Of a stretch of 32,000 nt of DNA, positions 1-7,738 are shown piece after piece (the stretch's first letter is position 1; each line of letters begins with the position of its first letter). The notes beneath the pieces are model-generated. The model was not told the origin of the DNA. It searched no databases and saw only the letters and a list, made by a program, of their open reading frames with translations. The translations under genes were made by a program, and so were the position numbers. This DNA is from Nitrosospira multiformis ATCC 25196 (GTDB taxonomy: Bacteria > Pseudomonadota > Gammaproteobacteria > Burkholderiales > Nitrosomonadaceae): assembly GCF_000196355.1 (NCBI RefSeq), contig NC_007614.1, positions 1,050,001-1,082,000 of the forward strand, written 5' to 3'.

Positions 1-225
1 GGAAGGAATGATATAACCGTACATGGTTTTCGCTCATCATTTCGAGACTGGGCTTCGGAATGCACAAATTTTCCAAGAGACGTATGTGAGATGGCGCTTG
101 CCCATACGATAAGCAATAAAGCAGAAGCAGCTTATCGTCGAGGAGACTTGTTCGAGAAGCGGAGGGTATTGATGGAAGAGTGGGCGGGATATTGCTACGA
201 TGGCTCAGCAATTATGTCAAGGTAA
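1..225 (+). CDS. Tyrosine recombinase / phage-type integrase, C-terminal fragment (5' part outside window)
   Basis: Frame 1 from nt 1 reads GRNDITVHGFRSSFRDWASECTNFPRDVCEMALAHTISNKAEAAYRRGDLFEKRRVLMEEWAGYCYDGSAIMSR, then TAA at 223-225. HGFRSSFRDW ... LAH ... AYRRGD is the HxxR / catalytic-Tyr C-terminal box typical of P4/CP4-57-type integrases. Confidence 0.85.
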   Translation, partial: GRNDITVHGFRSSFRDWASECTNFPRDVCEMALAHTISNKAEAAYRRGDLFEKRRVLMEEWAGYCYDGSAIMSR

Positions 226-320
226 TAACTATAGGGAATGCTTCTGTTCGAATCATCTGCAAGAAGTACTTGCCAGTTTAGGCTTCTATAAAAAGTCAGA
301 GTCAGTTGTTGAATCTAATG

Positions 321-380
321 GAGGGAACTTAAAATCCCTCGGGCTTAACCGCCCGTGCCGGTTCGATACGGCTGCGGGAC
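321..380 (+). other. Degenerate tRNA-Leu(UAA)-like 3' fragment; candidate att remnant of the integrase-bearing element
   Basis: GAGGGA-ACTTAAAA-TCCCTC (6-bp stem, loop containing CTTAAAA), then GGGC-TTAACC-GCCC (class-II-tRNA-like variable hairpin), then GCCGGTTCGATACGGC (T-arm-like, GGTTCGA), then TGCGGGAC. The order and spacing match the anticodon arm to 3' end of a tRNA-Leu. However, the loop has 8 nt, the T-arm is imperfect, there is no CCA, and no complementary 5' acceptor strand exists in 285-320. Confidence 0.4.
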
Positions 381-727
381 TAATATCCAAGAGCATAGAT
401 GTGTTCTAATCTTTCCGTCTATAATTATTTACTGTCAGGTTGACAACCCAGCCCAAAGCTGAAGTTGTTCTATTAGCATATTGCTAAACATCATACCGCT
501 GGCAGCTGGTCGGCTGTTCCTCGTCGACAACAACATCCCACCCATCTCCTCAAGCAGAGCCCACCTTTCCGTGCAGTGACTGTTTTTGAAAAGATTGCAG
601 CGTGTTCAAGGATCTGTCTTTATCAAAACTGTCTACCACAGCTGTTAGATTCACATATCATGGTGCAGAGGGAAGATAGGGCATCCTGCTTTTATTGACA
701 CCAGCCAAGCTCATTTGCATGAGAGCA

Positions 728-1663
728 TCAATCTCCCGATTTCTCATTCCTGGATGTTAACGAGTAATTTGAGCTGCGGATCGATTCTCCCGATGCGCGT
801 CGATGAACAGTTTGATGCATAACGCGCGTGTTCACACCCGGCACGCTCACCCTGCATTTTATGCCTGCAGGTAGTTTGGAATCATCATTGGCAATTTCCA
901 TTCGTACCCCAAAAGTACCGCTCGCTGTATCCATGACTTTATCTACGATTTTCACTCTGGCTTTATAAGACCCCCCCACAGGCGCCTCCGGAAATACTTC
1001 CAATAGTTGCCCTGGTTTGACCTTTCCATAAGCCTCGAGCGGGAGAAGTGTTTCTACATGTAAAACTGTAATATCCGCTATTTTCAAAATAATTTTCCGA
1101 TTATCACTCCTTGCGTCTGTCAACTCTCCAGGGTGCATCATCCGGTCGACGACAATTCCATTGAATGGACTTCTTACGGTCCGTAGACGTAGCTGTTCAC
1201 TGGCACGCCGGTACTCGAGCTGAGCCACGCGTTTATTATCCAGAGCCTCCTTTAGCTCTGCTTCAGCCAGTCGTTTCTCTGTCTCTGCTTCATCACGATC
1301 CTGTGTAGATACAAACTTCTGTGCAAGTAATTGTTCACGGCGATGATGCTTCAAGGTCGCATATTCGGATCGACTCTGGCTGGCCTGTATAGCACCTTCC
1401 ATAGTTGAACGGTATTTGGCAAGCTCGGTAGTCGCTTTTTCCAAGCCTGAATCCAGCGTTACAAGTATCTGACCAGTATTGACGGCGTCACCGCGATCCA
1501 CCCAGATTTTTTCGATAATTCCGGTCGTGCTCGGTCGGATCTCTACTATCTGGCGCGCCTCGATCAGGCAGTCAAACTCCCCTGCCCACCCAAATGCCGC
1601 CCCCCAAGAGGATACGCAGGCAAACGTAACTTGTGCCCAAAAGCGCCTCACATTAATAGTCAA
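728..1663 (-). CDS. Periplasmic adaptor, HlyD/membrane-fusion-protein family (stand-alone, signal peptide)
   Basis: 311-aa ORF. The N-terminal hydrophobic leader is RRFWAQVTFACVSSWGAAFGWA. A lipoyl-like hairpin (IRPSTTGIIEKIWVDRGDAVNTGQILVTLD ... VRSPFNGIVVDRMMHPGE) flanks a coiled coil (EAETEKRLAEAELKEALDNKRVAQLEYRRA), followed by a beta-barrel-like tail. TTG start at 1663 lies 8 nt after GGAAGGA. It starts 30 nt downstream of the SecA-like stop. Confidence 0.85.
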   Translation of the reverse strand: MTINVRRFWAQVTFACVSSWGAAFGWAGEFDCLIEARQIVEIRPSTTGIIEKIWVDRGDAVNTGQILVTLDSGLEKATTELAKYRSTMEGAIQASQSRSEYATLKHHRREQLLAQKFVSTQDRDEAETEKRLAEAELKEALDNKRVAQLEYRRASEQLRLRTVRSPFNGIVVDRMMHPGELTDARSDNRKIILKIADITVLHVETLLPLEAYGKVKPGQLLEVFPEAPVGGSYKARVKIVDKVMDTASGTFGVRMEIANDDSKLPAGIKCRVSVPGVNTRVMHQTVHRRASGESIRSSNYSLTSRNEKSGD

Positions 1664-1693
1664 CGTTTGATTCCTTCCAATCGAGATATATCA

Positions 1694-3694
1694 TCACTCT
1701 CCACGTCCCGCAAAAGCCAGCATCTTCGCTAGTCGTTGATCTTCCAGCACAGTCTGGCGACGTATTCTCGAGTAATACCGTTCTGATGATCGTTGTGCCG
1801 ATCCCCGCAGCAGTTTTGCTTTCATGCCGGTTATTACATTACTGAAACTTGAATTGCTCATAACCCTACGAGCCATCTCTCCCGAAAATAGAACAAATAG
1901 CTCGTCTTCCAAGGAGACAATGGATTCGTAACTTCCCTTATCCCCCTGGCGTCCAGCACGTCCATAAAGTTGTCGGTCGATGCGGGGCGATTCGTGGAAC
2001 TCAGACAAAATTACGTGCAATCCTCCTCTATCCGATACGCCAGATTCCAATTTAATATCAGTACCGCGCCCCGCCATATTCGTCGCGACTGTGACACGAC
2101 CAACGCGGCCGGCCTGCTCAACGACAGTTGCCTCGTCTTCATCCTGGCGAGCATTAATCACGCTATGTTCGATTCCTTCTGTCTTGAGCAGGCTACTCAA
2201 ATGCTCCGAAGCAGCTACCGAACGCGTTCCAATCAGAACGGGACGACCTTCATCGCGAACACGCCGTATACTTTTCAGTACCGCATCCCAACGGGATGCG
2301 GTATCGAGAAAGATTCTCGTTCCCAAATTCTTTCGCTGTACCGCACGATTAGTTGGAATTCGCAGCACGTCCAGCCCGAATATGGCACTTAACTCGCCCA
2401 CCACCTCGGCTGCGGTGCCAGTCATACCGCCAAGCCGCAGATATCGTCTAAAAAACCGCTGATATGTTATGCGAGAAATGGTTTTACGACGATCGGTAAG
2501 CGCACATCCTTCCTTTACTTCAATCATCTGGTGCAATCCGCTTTCCCAAGTCCGATCCGACATGACTCTTCCGGTATATTCATCTACAATCTGCACCTTC
2601 TCATCCTTTACGATGTAGTGCTTGTCGCGCATGTACAGCAACTGGGCTGCCAGGGCCTGCTCGATCAACTCGAAGCGGGCGCGTGCAACTTGCCAAACGC
2701 CAGGAAGGTTGCCACAGATGTTCGTAATGTGATCACGACCGGCAGGAGTCAACTGGATCAACTTATCAGCAGCAAAAATCCGAAAATGCAGTCCATCTCG
2801 AAGTTGTCGGCAAAAATCCAATGCTCTCCGGTAGTCATCGACTCCTTGCTTGTCAGACACACTGCTGGAAATGATGAGCGGGGTTCGCGCCTCGTCAATG
2901 AGCACGCTGTCTGCTTCATCGACAATCCCAAAAAATAACCCACGTAAGTAAGCTCTGGAATTCTCGTCACCCCTGAACAGGCGAGCTACAGCGCGGCGGG
3001 CATCCGAGACATCGCGATTAGAGTCAATCCGGTCACGCAGATAATCGAATACTAGATCTTTGTTGACGCAATAGGTGACATCACAACCATAGGCATTCCG
3101 TCGTGTTTCCGGATCCTGATCTGGAACCACCATTCCCACGTCAAGGCCAAAAAACTCATACACCGGTCGCATAAATCTGGCATCACGCCGGACAAGATAT
3201 TCATTTACCGTAATTACATGAACTGGTAAACCTGACAGGGCCACCGCTATCGCGGGAAGTACCGCGGTGAGTGATTTACCCTCTCCGGTTTGCATCTCCG
3301 CCAGCTTCCCGGCCAATATTACCCGGCCACCGATCAGCTGCACCGGAAAATGCCGCAATCCCAGTTTACGGCCGCAAACTTCCCTTACCAATGAAAAAAC
3401 TTCAATCGTCAGATCTTCCGTTAACCCTTGGCGGGCAAGCTTCACCCTAAGATCGTCCACGCACGCAGCGAGCTCTGCTTCAGATAAAGCGGAGAGAGCG
3501 TTGCTTCGATGCACAACCTTGTCCGCAAAGCTCCTCAAGCGTTTAAGTCGAAGATGGGATGCCCATAACCGCGCTTGCCCAAGCGATGAGCCTAAAAAGC
3601 GATCCAGAGCATTATCATTCGTATCCAGCCGCTCCGGATAAGGTGCTGGGGCAAGGCTGTTTATTCTCCAGGCAGCAAGCAAGGCTTTAGACAT
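1694..3694 (-). CDS. SecA-like DEAD-motor ATPase, C-terminally truncated (NBD1-PPXD-NBD2 only)
   Basis: SecA signatures are present: AEMQTGEGKSLT (Walker A), VHVITVNEYLVRRD, VDEADSVLIDEARTPLII, TNMAGRGTDIKL and RIDRQLYGRAGRQGDKG. Only ~95 aa follow the last motif, so most of the helical scaffold/wing/C-terminal linker is missing. The protein is ~666 aa versus ~900 aa for housekeeping SecA (from memory). I chose the start at ATG 3694 (MSKALLAAW), which overlaps the upstream stop by 8 nt (ATGTCTAA). The ORF-track start at 3799 would overlap the upstream gene by 113 nt. Confidence 0.85.
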   Translation of the reverse strand: MSKALLAAWRINSLAPAPYPERLDTNDNALDRFLGSSLGQARLWASHLRLKRLRSFADKVVHRSNALSALSEAELAACVDDLRVKLARQGLTEDLTIEVFSLVREVCGRKLGLRHFPVQLIGGRVILAGKLAEMQTGEGKSLTAVLPAIAVALSGLPVHVITVNEYLVRRDARFMRPVYEFFGLDVGMVVPDQDPETRRNAYGCDVTYCVNKDLVFDYLRDRIDSNRDVSDARRAVARLFRGDENSRAYLRGLFFGIVDEADSVLIDEARTPLIISSSVSDKQGVDDYRRALDFCRQLRDGLHFRIFAADKLIQLTPAGRDHITNICGNLPGVWQVARARFELIEQALAAQLLYMRDKHYIVKDEKVQIVDEYTGRVMSDRTWESGLHQMIEVKEGCALTDRRKTISRITYQRFFRRYLRLGGMTGTAAEVVGELSAIFGLDVLRIPTNRAVQRKNLGTRIFLDTASRWDAVLKSIRRVRDEGRPVLIGTRSVAASEHLSSLLKTEGIEHSVINARQDEDEATVVEQAGRVGRVTVATNMAGRGTDIKLESGVSDRGGLHVILSEFHESPRIDRQLYGRAGRQGDKGSYESIVSLEDELFVLFSGEMARRVMSNSSFSNVITGMKAKLLRGSAQRSSERYYSRIRRQTVLEDQRLAKMLAFAGRGE

Positions 3695-5834
3695 TGAAGT
3701 TCGATAACAGGAGTTGCCGCGATGCCCGGTACCAGCGGAATGCCAGGGGTTCTGGAGCGAGATCAAAACGGACATGGACACGCGCTCCCAGTGACACATC
3801 TCCTACCGATGGAGGAAGCAGCAAATCGAACTGGAATACGCGCGCAAGTGTTTTCGTTCCATTCTCATCACGAGGATCAGTGGCGTGAATTCCACCATGC
3901 TCAAGCGCCAATGCCTTGCTGGGAAGCTGGTCGCGCCCGCCGGGCACCTCCCGCAACACCTGTGCCGGATAAGTATCGCTCAGGCGATCGATCAACTTGA
4001 GATGTACGCTTTTGAGGCCACTGCGAACAACATCGATGTCATCCTGGGTAAGCACAACTCGAACCGTTCTTATTGGCCCTTCCAATACATATCCCACGAG
4101 TTCCCCTTGTTGCATAAATTTACCCGGTAAATCGGGTGCGTTTGGAATTACCAGTCGCCCTGATGTCCGAGCTTCTACCATCAACTCCTCGACACGATTT
4201 TCCAGTCTGGCTAGCAGAGTGCGCTCTTTTTCCAGTTCGTCATGGGTAATAGCCGCCTGTAAGCGGTCTTCAAGAAAGCTTGATGAGTATTGAACCACCA
4301 ATTGGTCTACTCGTGACCGCTGGGATAACAATTGCGTGATGAGGTCAGGATCACTGGACTCAATCACCATTTCTCCCTTGTTAACCTGCACTCCCGAATC
4401 CACCAATAACCGCTGCACGAACCCTGCGGTGTTTGCCCGAATCTCCGCATCTTCCGGTATCCAGATCACGCCTTCGGCATGACGATAAAACGGCATAGGT
4501 ACCGCCAAAGAGAACAGGACGATGAAGGCAATTCCCCCCAAAGTGACACCTACTGCACGGCGCCGCTGCCGATGAAGCGCGGGGCTATAAAACACATGAT
4601 GAATTCCCTTCACGATTGGAATTACGAGCATACTGGCAACACTCCACATCGCAAGGATCACCCCGACAAAGAATAACTCGCCTGCAATGAACACGACGAT
4701 TGCAAATGTCACAAACAGCCTATAAGCGAATGACGCCAGCGCGTAAAACACCAGCCATAATCGCTCGCTTCTGGTTTCTGGGAGCGGCTGTACATCCCGT
4801 TTTCGGAATGCATAACGCTGGACAAGGTATCCCACGTACTGGTTGGCGCGACTGGCGAGATTTGGAATCTCGATCAGGTCGCTAAGAATGTAGTAACCGT
4901 CAAAACGTAATAGCGGATTGCCGTTAAAGACAATGGTGGATAGCCCGGCAACGAAAATCACGTTAAAGGCCAAAGCGTGGATTATTCCATGTTCAACTAC
5001 CAGCCATACATACATGGCCAGAGCAGCCAGGAACAACTCGACCATCATTCCGGCCGCTCCAACCAGAGCACGACGCCGCTTACTGCGAAATGCCGTTGCG
5101 GCGGTTGCGTCCACGTAAGGAACAGGCATCAGCACGAGGAGCATGATTCCCATTTCATGCACTTCGCCGCCACCGGCCTTGGTCGTATAGGCATGGCCCA
5201 GTTCATGCAGCAGTTTCACCAGAGGAAAAACCAGCCAAAGGGCGAGCAGATTGCTGGATGACAAAACCCGGTCACTGAGGTTCTGCGTCAAATCCTCCCA
5301 GTGGGAGGCTGTCATGATTAAAGCGGGTGTCACCACTGCCAGCCAGAGAAGGCCGCCACGCCAGGTGAAGAGCCACTTAAGATAGGGATAAGTGAGGTTG
5401 ATGAAACGATCCGGATCCCACAGGGGAAAACGGATCGACATCGGATTCAGGAAATTTTTTATCCATTTCGACTGCCGTTGCTTGACTCTGCGTTGGGATA
5501 GCTCCAGCAAATCCGGCGACACATCACTTTGCAGTATGTCTGCCATATGCAACTGGGTAAGGAGTTGAATCATGTCGTCCTGAGACGGCGCCGCTGCCTC
5601 AAGCTCCTTTGCAACCAGCACCCAGATTTCCTCGACGGTATGTTTCCCGTCCATCAGGCTGATAGCGAGATATGCACCCGGCGCGAAACGATGCATGCGG
5701 CCTGTGGCCGGATCCTGTAATACATACCAGGCCCGCCCCCGAAAACGATGGCGGTGCACCTTGGCATGCGTCCGCAGGACCGGTTTCAGATCAGCGACAC
5801 GATACCAGGAGCTACTCAGGGAAGATTCAGCCAC
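3687..5834 (-). CDS. Three-part fusion: PqqD/RRE-like N-domain + M50 site-2 metalloprotease membrane core + HlyD/MFP-like C-terminal periplasmic domain
   Basis: 715-aa ORF. LLHELGHAYT (HExxH) and NGNPLLRFDGYY (NxxPxxxxDG) are the two S2P/M50 catalytic motifs, embedded in several hydrophobic helices. The N-terminal ~95 aa (WYRVADLKP...MDGKHTVEEIWVLVAKEL...MIQLLTQLHMADIL) resemble PqqD-type peptide-binding domains. The C-terminal ~270 aa has the MFP pattern (IRANTAGFVQRLLVDSGVQVNKGEMV ... coiled coil ... ARTSGRLVIPN). GTG start at 5834 follows GGAAG. Confidence 0.85.
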   Translation of the reverse strand: MAESSLSSSWYRVADLKPVLRTHAKVHRHRFRGRAWYVLQDPATGRMHRFAPGAYLAISLMDGKHTVEEIWVLVAKELEAAAPSQDDMIQLLTQLHMADILQSDVSPDLLELSQRRVKQRQSKWIKNFLNPMSIRFPLWDPDRFINLTYPYLKWLFTWRGGLLWLAVVTPALIMTASHWEDLTQNLSDRVLSSSNLLALWLVFPLVKLLHELGHAYTTKAGGGEVHEMGIMLLVLMPVPYVDATAATAFRSKRRRALVGAAGMMVELFLAALAMYVWLVVEHGIIHALAFNVIFVAGLSTIVFNGNPLLRFDGYYILSDLIEIPNLASRANQYVGYLVQRYAFRKRDVQPLPETRSERLWLVFYALASFAYRLFVTFAIVVFIAGELFFVGVILAMWSVASMLVIPIVKGIHHVFYSPALHRQRRRAVGVTLGGIAFIVLFSLAVPMPFYRHAEGVIWIPEDAEIRANTAGFVQRLLVDSGVQVNKGEMVIESSDPDLITQLLSQRSRVDQLVVQYSSSFLEDRLQAAITHDELEKERTLLARLENRVEELMVEARTSGRLVIPNAPDLPGKFMQQGELVGYVLEGPIRTVRVVLTQDDIDVVRSGLKSVHLKLIDRLSDTYPAQVLREVPGGRDQLPSKALALEHGGIHATDPRDENGTKTLARVFQFDLLLPPSVGDVSLGARVHVRFDLAPEPLAFRWYRASRQLLLSNFNV

Positions 5835-5858
5835 TACCTGCTTCCTATGGATTCAGGT

Positions 5859-7703
5859 TCACGGCAGCCAGTTCCAGCTCAGCATACGCAGCCAGTCGAT
5901 AAATCGATGGGTCCATATCCAGATCAACGTTCGTTCACCGACACTAATTTTCCCTACGCCCTCCATCCCGGGGCGAAGTCGTGGAGGGGCATGCTGAAGC
6001 TTCGCCTCGACACGAAAATAATTGTGCCCCTCTTCGGCTTCGGCGATTGAGATATTGATCACCTCCAGAGGCATGGACTCGGCTGATAGGCCGGACAGAA
6101 CAATAGTGCCTTTTTGTCCTGCCGCCACATCACGAATATCCCGCTCATCGACCTTGAGTATGACCCTGTAGGCATCGAGCGGTGCAACTTCAAACAAAAG
6201 TTTCCCTCGCTCCACCGGGCTTCCAAACATCTGGCTCAGATCACCCGTCACCACGATCCCGTCAAAAGGGGCACGAATGGCAGTGCGCGCCAGCTTTTCT
6301 TCCACGAGGGTCAGCTGGGCCTCCGCTTGCGCGACTTGCGCCACCAGAATACGAACTTGCGGTCGATCTCGTTTGGCAAGCGCATCGCGGTACTTACGAT
6401 CATTCTGCTCAAATTCGCTCAGCCATTTCTGGCGCTCTACCAGCAAATCGCGATCATCCAGCTTGGCAAGCAATTGTCCGTGTTTCACGGTTTGACCGGC
6501 CCGTATATAAGCTTGAGCGATATAGCCTTCAAAGGGCGCAACGACCGCCCGCTGGACCTCACCTTCCAGCACTGCTTTGGCGGGGACCCGGTATTCAGCT
6601 TCAAATACCGAAATGAAAATCAGAAATGCCAGCAGGAAAGCAGCAGCGTAGCGGAAACTCGGGCGACGTGGATCCACCAGAGCTTGAGCAGCTGCGCGCA
6701 GCTGCTGCGCGGAGCGACCCGCAATCCAATGAGTCGCATCCTCTTTCATATCCAAGATGGGGCCGATTAACGACGCCGTAGCCTGGCATAGCTCCACGTC
6801 GGCGAGCATAAAGCGTGTTTCTGCTCGCTCCAATGTAATCACGCCCACGCCTCGCCCGGCGCTCCACAGTACTATGGACAGAACCGAACCTGTCTTGGCT
6901 ATATCCTTGTTTGCTACCGCAATGCCTTTGGTCAGTCCCTCGATCGGGGGATATGCGATGGTTTTACGCTGATCGAGCGCTTCGTCCATGGCATTCTCGA
7001 TTTCGGTCACAAACTGGCTTTTTTTTTCAAACCAGGCAGAGTTGGAAAGTGCAATCAGGTGAACCTGATTTTTTCGCTCCATGCCAATCGCGATTCGCGT
7101 GCAGGCAAGACGTTTGCATAGTTCGTTTGCAATCGCGAGGGAAGCATCTTCGAGCTTTGGGTGTTCTCCTGCCAGCGCGGCTACATCCAGCGCTATCGCC
7201 GCGCGTTCCAGTTGCCGAGAATCGTCAGTACTTTTCTGGCGCCAGAAATGGGATTCAAACCATCCCATTCCCCAACTTAATTGCTGATTTATCTTTTGCA
7301 GCGCGGCAGCGGGACGCTGCGTGACCTCAAGCGCTACCGCTCCGTGCAGGCGTCCATTCAGCTCGATGGGCCAGGTAATCAGAATCGTTTGATCGGTTTT
7401 TCCGGGCTGCGTGTTGCCTGCCCGGCAAATAAGGCACTTTTGCACGGCGCTGCCAAGATGAGTGACATCCCGTGTTCCATGAGGCCAAATACCTGCTGGA
7501 ACATAAGTATTAGCGGATTCCTCTATTACAAGAAGGCCCGTTTCGACCCCGTCCAGCATGCCGCACAGACGCCCAAGCCATGCTTGTGAAGGGCCTTGGC
7601 CAGTGCGGTATCCGCTGGAAACGCCGTATAGAGTTACTTGATCTTTTGATTCAGCAGAAATCCCTGGGGTCGAAGTCTCTGCATTCGACGCGGGCTGTGT
7701 CAC
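5859..7703 (-). CDS. GAF-like (x2) cytoplasmic domains + single TM + HlyD/MFP periplasmic adaptor
   Basis: 614-aa ORF. Residues ~40-330 form two GAF-like alpha/beta units (e.g. ...WPIELNGRLHGAVALEV... and ...SIVLWSAGRGVGVITLER...). The TM segment is FRYAAAFLLAFLIFISVF. The classical MFP part follows (VVAPFEGYIAQAYIRAGQTVKHGQLLAKLD ... coiled coil ... IRAPFDGIVVTGD ...). GTG start at 7703 lies 7 nt after AGGGG and 35 nt after the giant ORF stop. The GAF assignment is pattern-based only. Confidence 0.8.
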   Translation of the reverse strand: MTQPASNAETSTPGISAESKDQVTLYGVSSGYRTGQGPSQAWLGRLCGMLDGVETGLLVIEESANTYVPAGIWPHGTRDVTHLGSAVQKCLICRAGNTQPGKTDQTILITWPIELNGRLHGAVALEVTQRPAAALQKINQQLSWGMGWFESHFWRQKSTDDSRQLERAAIALDVAALAGEHPKLEDASLAIANELCKRLACTRIAIGMERKNQVHLIALSNSAWFEKKSQFVTEIENAMDEALDQRKTIAYPPIEGLTKGIAVANKDIAKTGSVLSIVLWSAGRGVGVITLERAETRFMLADVELCQATASLIGPILDMKEDATHWIAGRSAQQLRAAAQALVDPRRPSFRYAAAFLLAFLIFISVFEAEYRVPAKAVLEGEVQRAVVAPFEGYIAQAYIRAGQTVKHGQLLAKLDDRDLLVERQKWLSEFEQNDRKYRDALAKRDRPQVRILVAQVAQAEAQLTLVEEKLARTAIRAPFDGIVVTGDLSQMFGSPVERGKLLFEVAPLDAYRVILKVDERDIRDVAAGQKGTIVLSGLSAESMPLEVINISIAEAEEGHNYFRVEAKLQHAPPRLRPGMEGVGKISVGERTLIWIWTHRFIDWLRMLSWNWLP

Positions 7704-7738
7704 TTAACTACCCCTGTCTGGTCTGTCACTCATTTGTT

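Noticed and set aside
321-380. Intact tRNA-Leu gene
   Set aside because: No 5' acceptor strand or D-arm can be paired from 285-320, the anticodon loop is 8 nt, the T-arm has a mismatch or short loop, and there is no CCA. I keep it only as a tRNA-derived fragment.
200-409. 69-aa plus-strand ORF
   Set aside because: It starts inside the integrase reading frame's last codons and runs through the tRNA-like fragment. It has no SD and no recognisable product.
600-727. Intrinsic terminator after the last operon gene
   Set aside because: Only a weak 4-bp stem (CTGT-ggtag-ACAG followed by TTTT on the minus strand, ~625-645) was found, which is not convincing.
3695-3799. Longer start (3799) for the SecA-like gene given by the ORF track
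   Set aside because: It would overlap the upstream S2P-HlyD gene by 113 nt and add a non-SecA-like, Cys/Trp/His-rich N-terminus. The ATG at 3694 gives a typical 8-nt coupled overlap.
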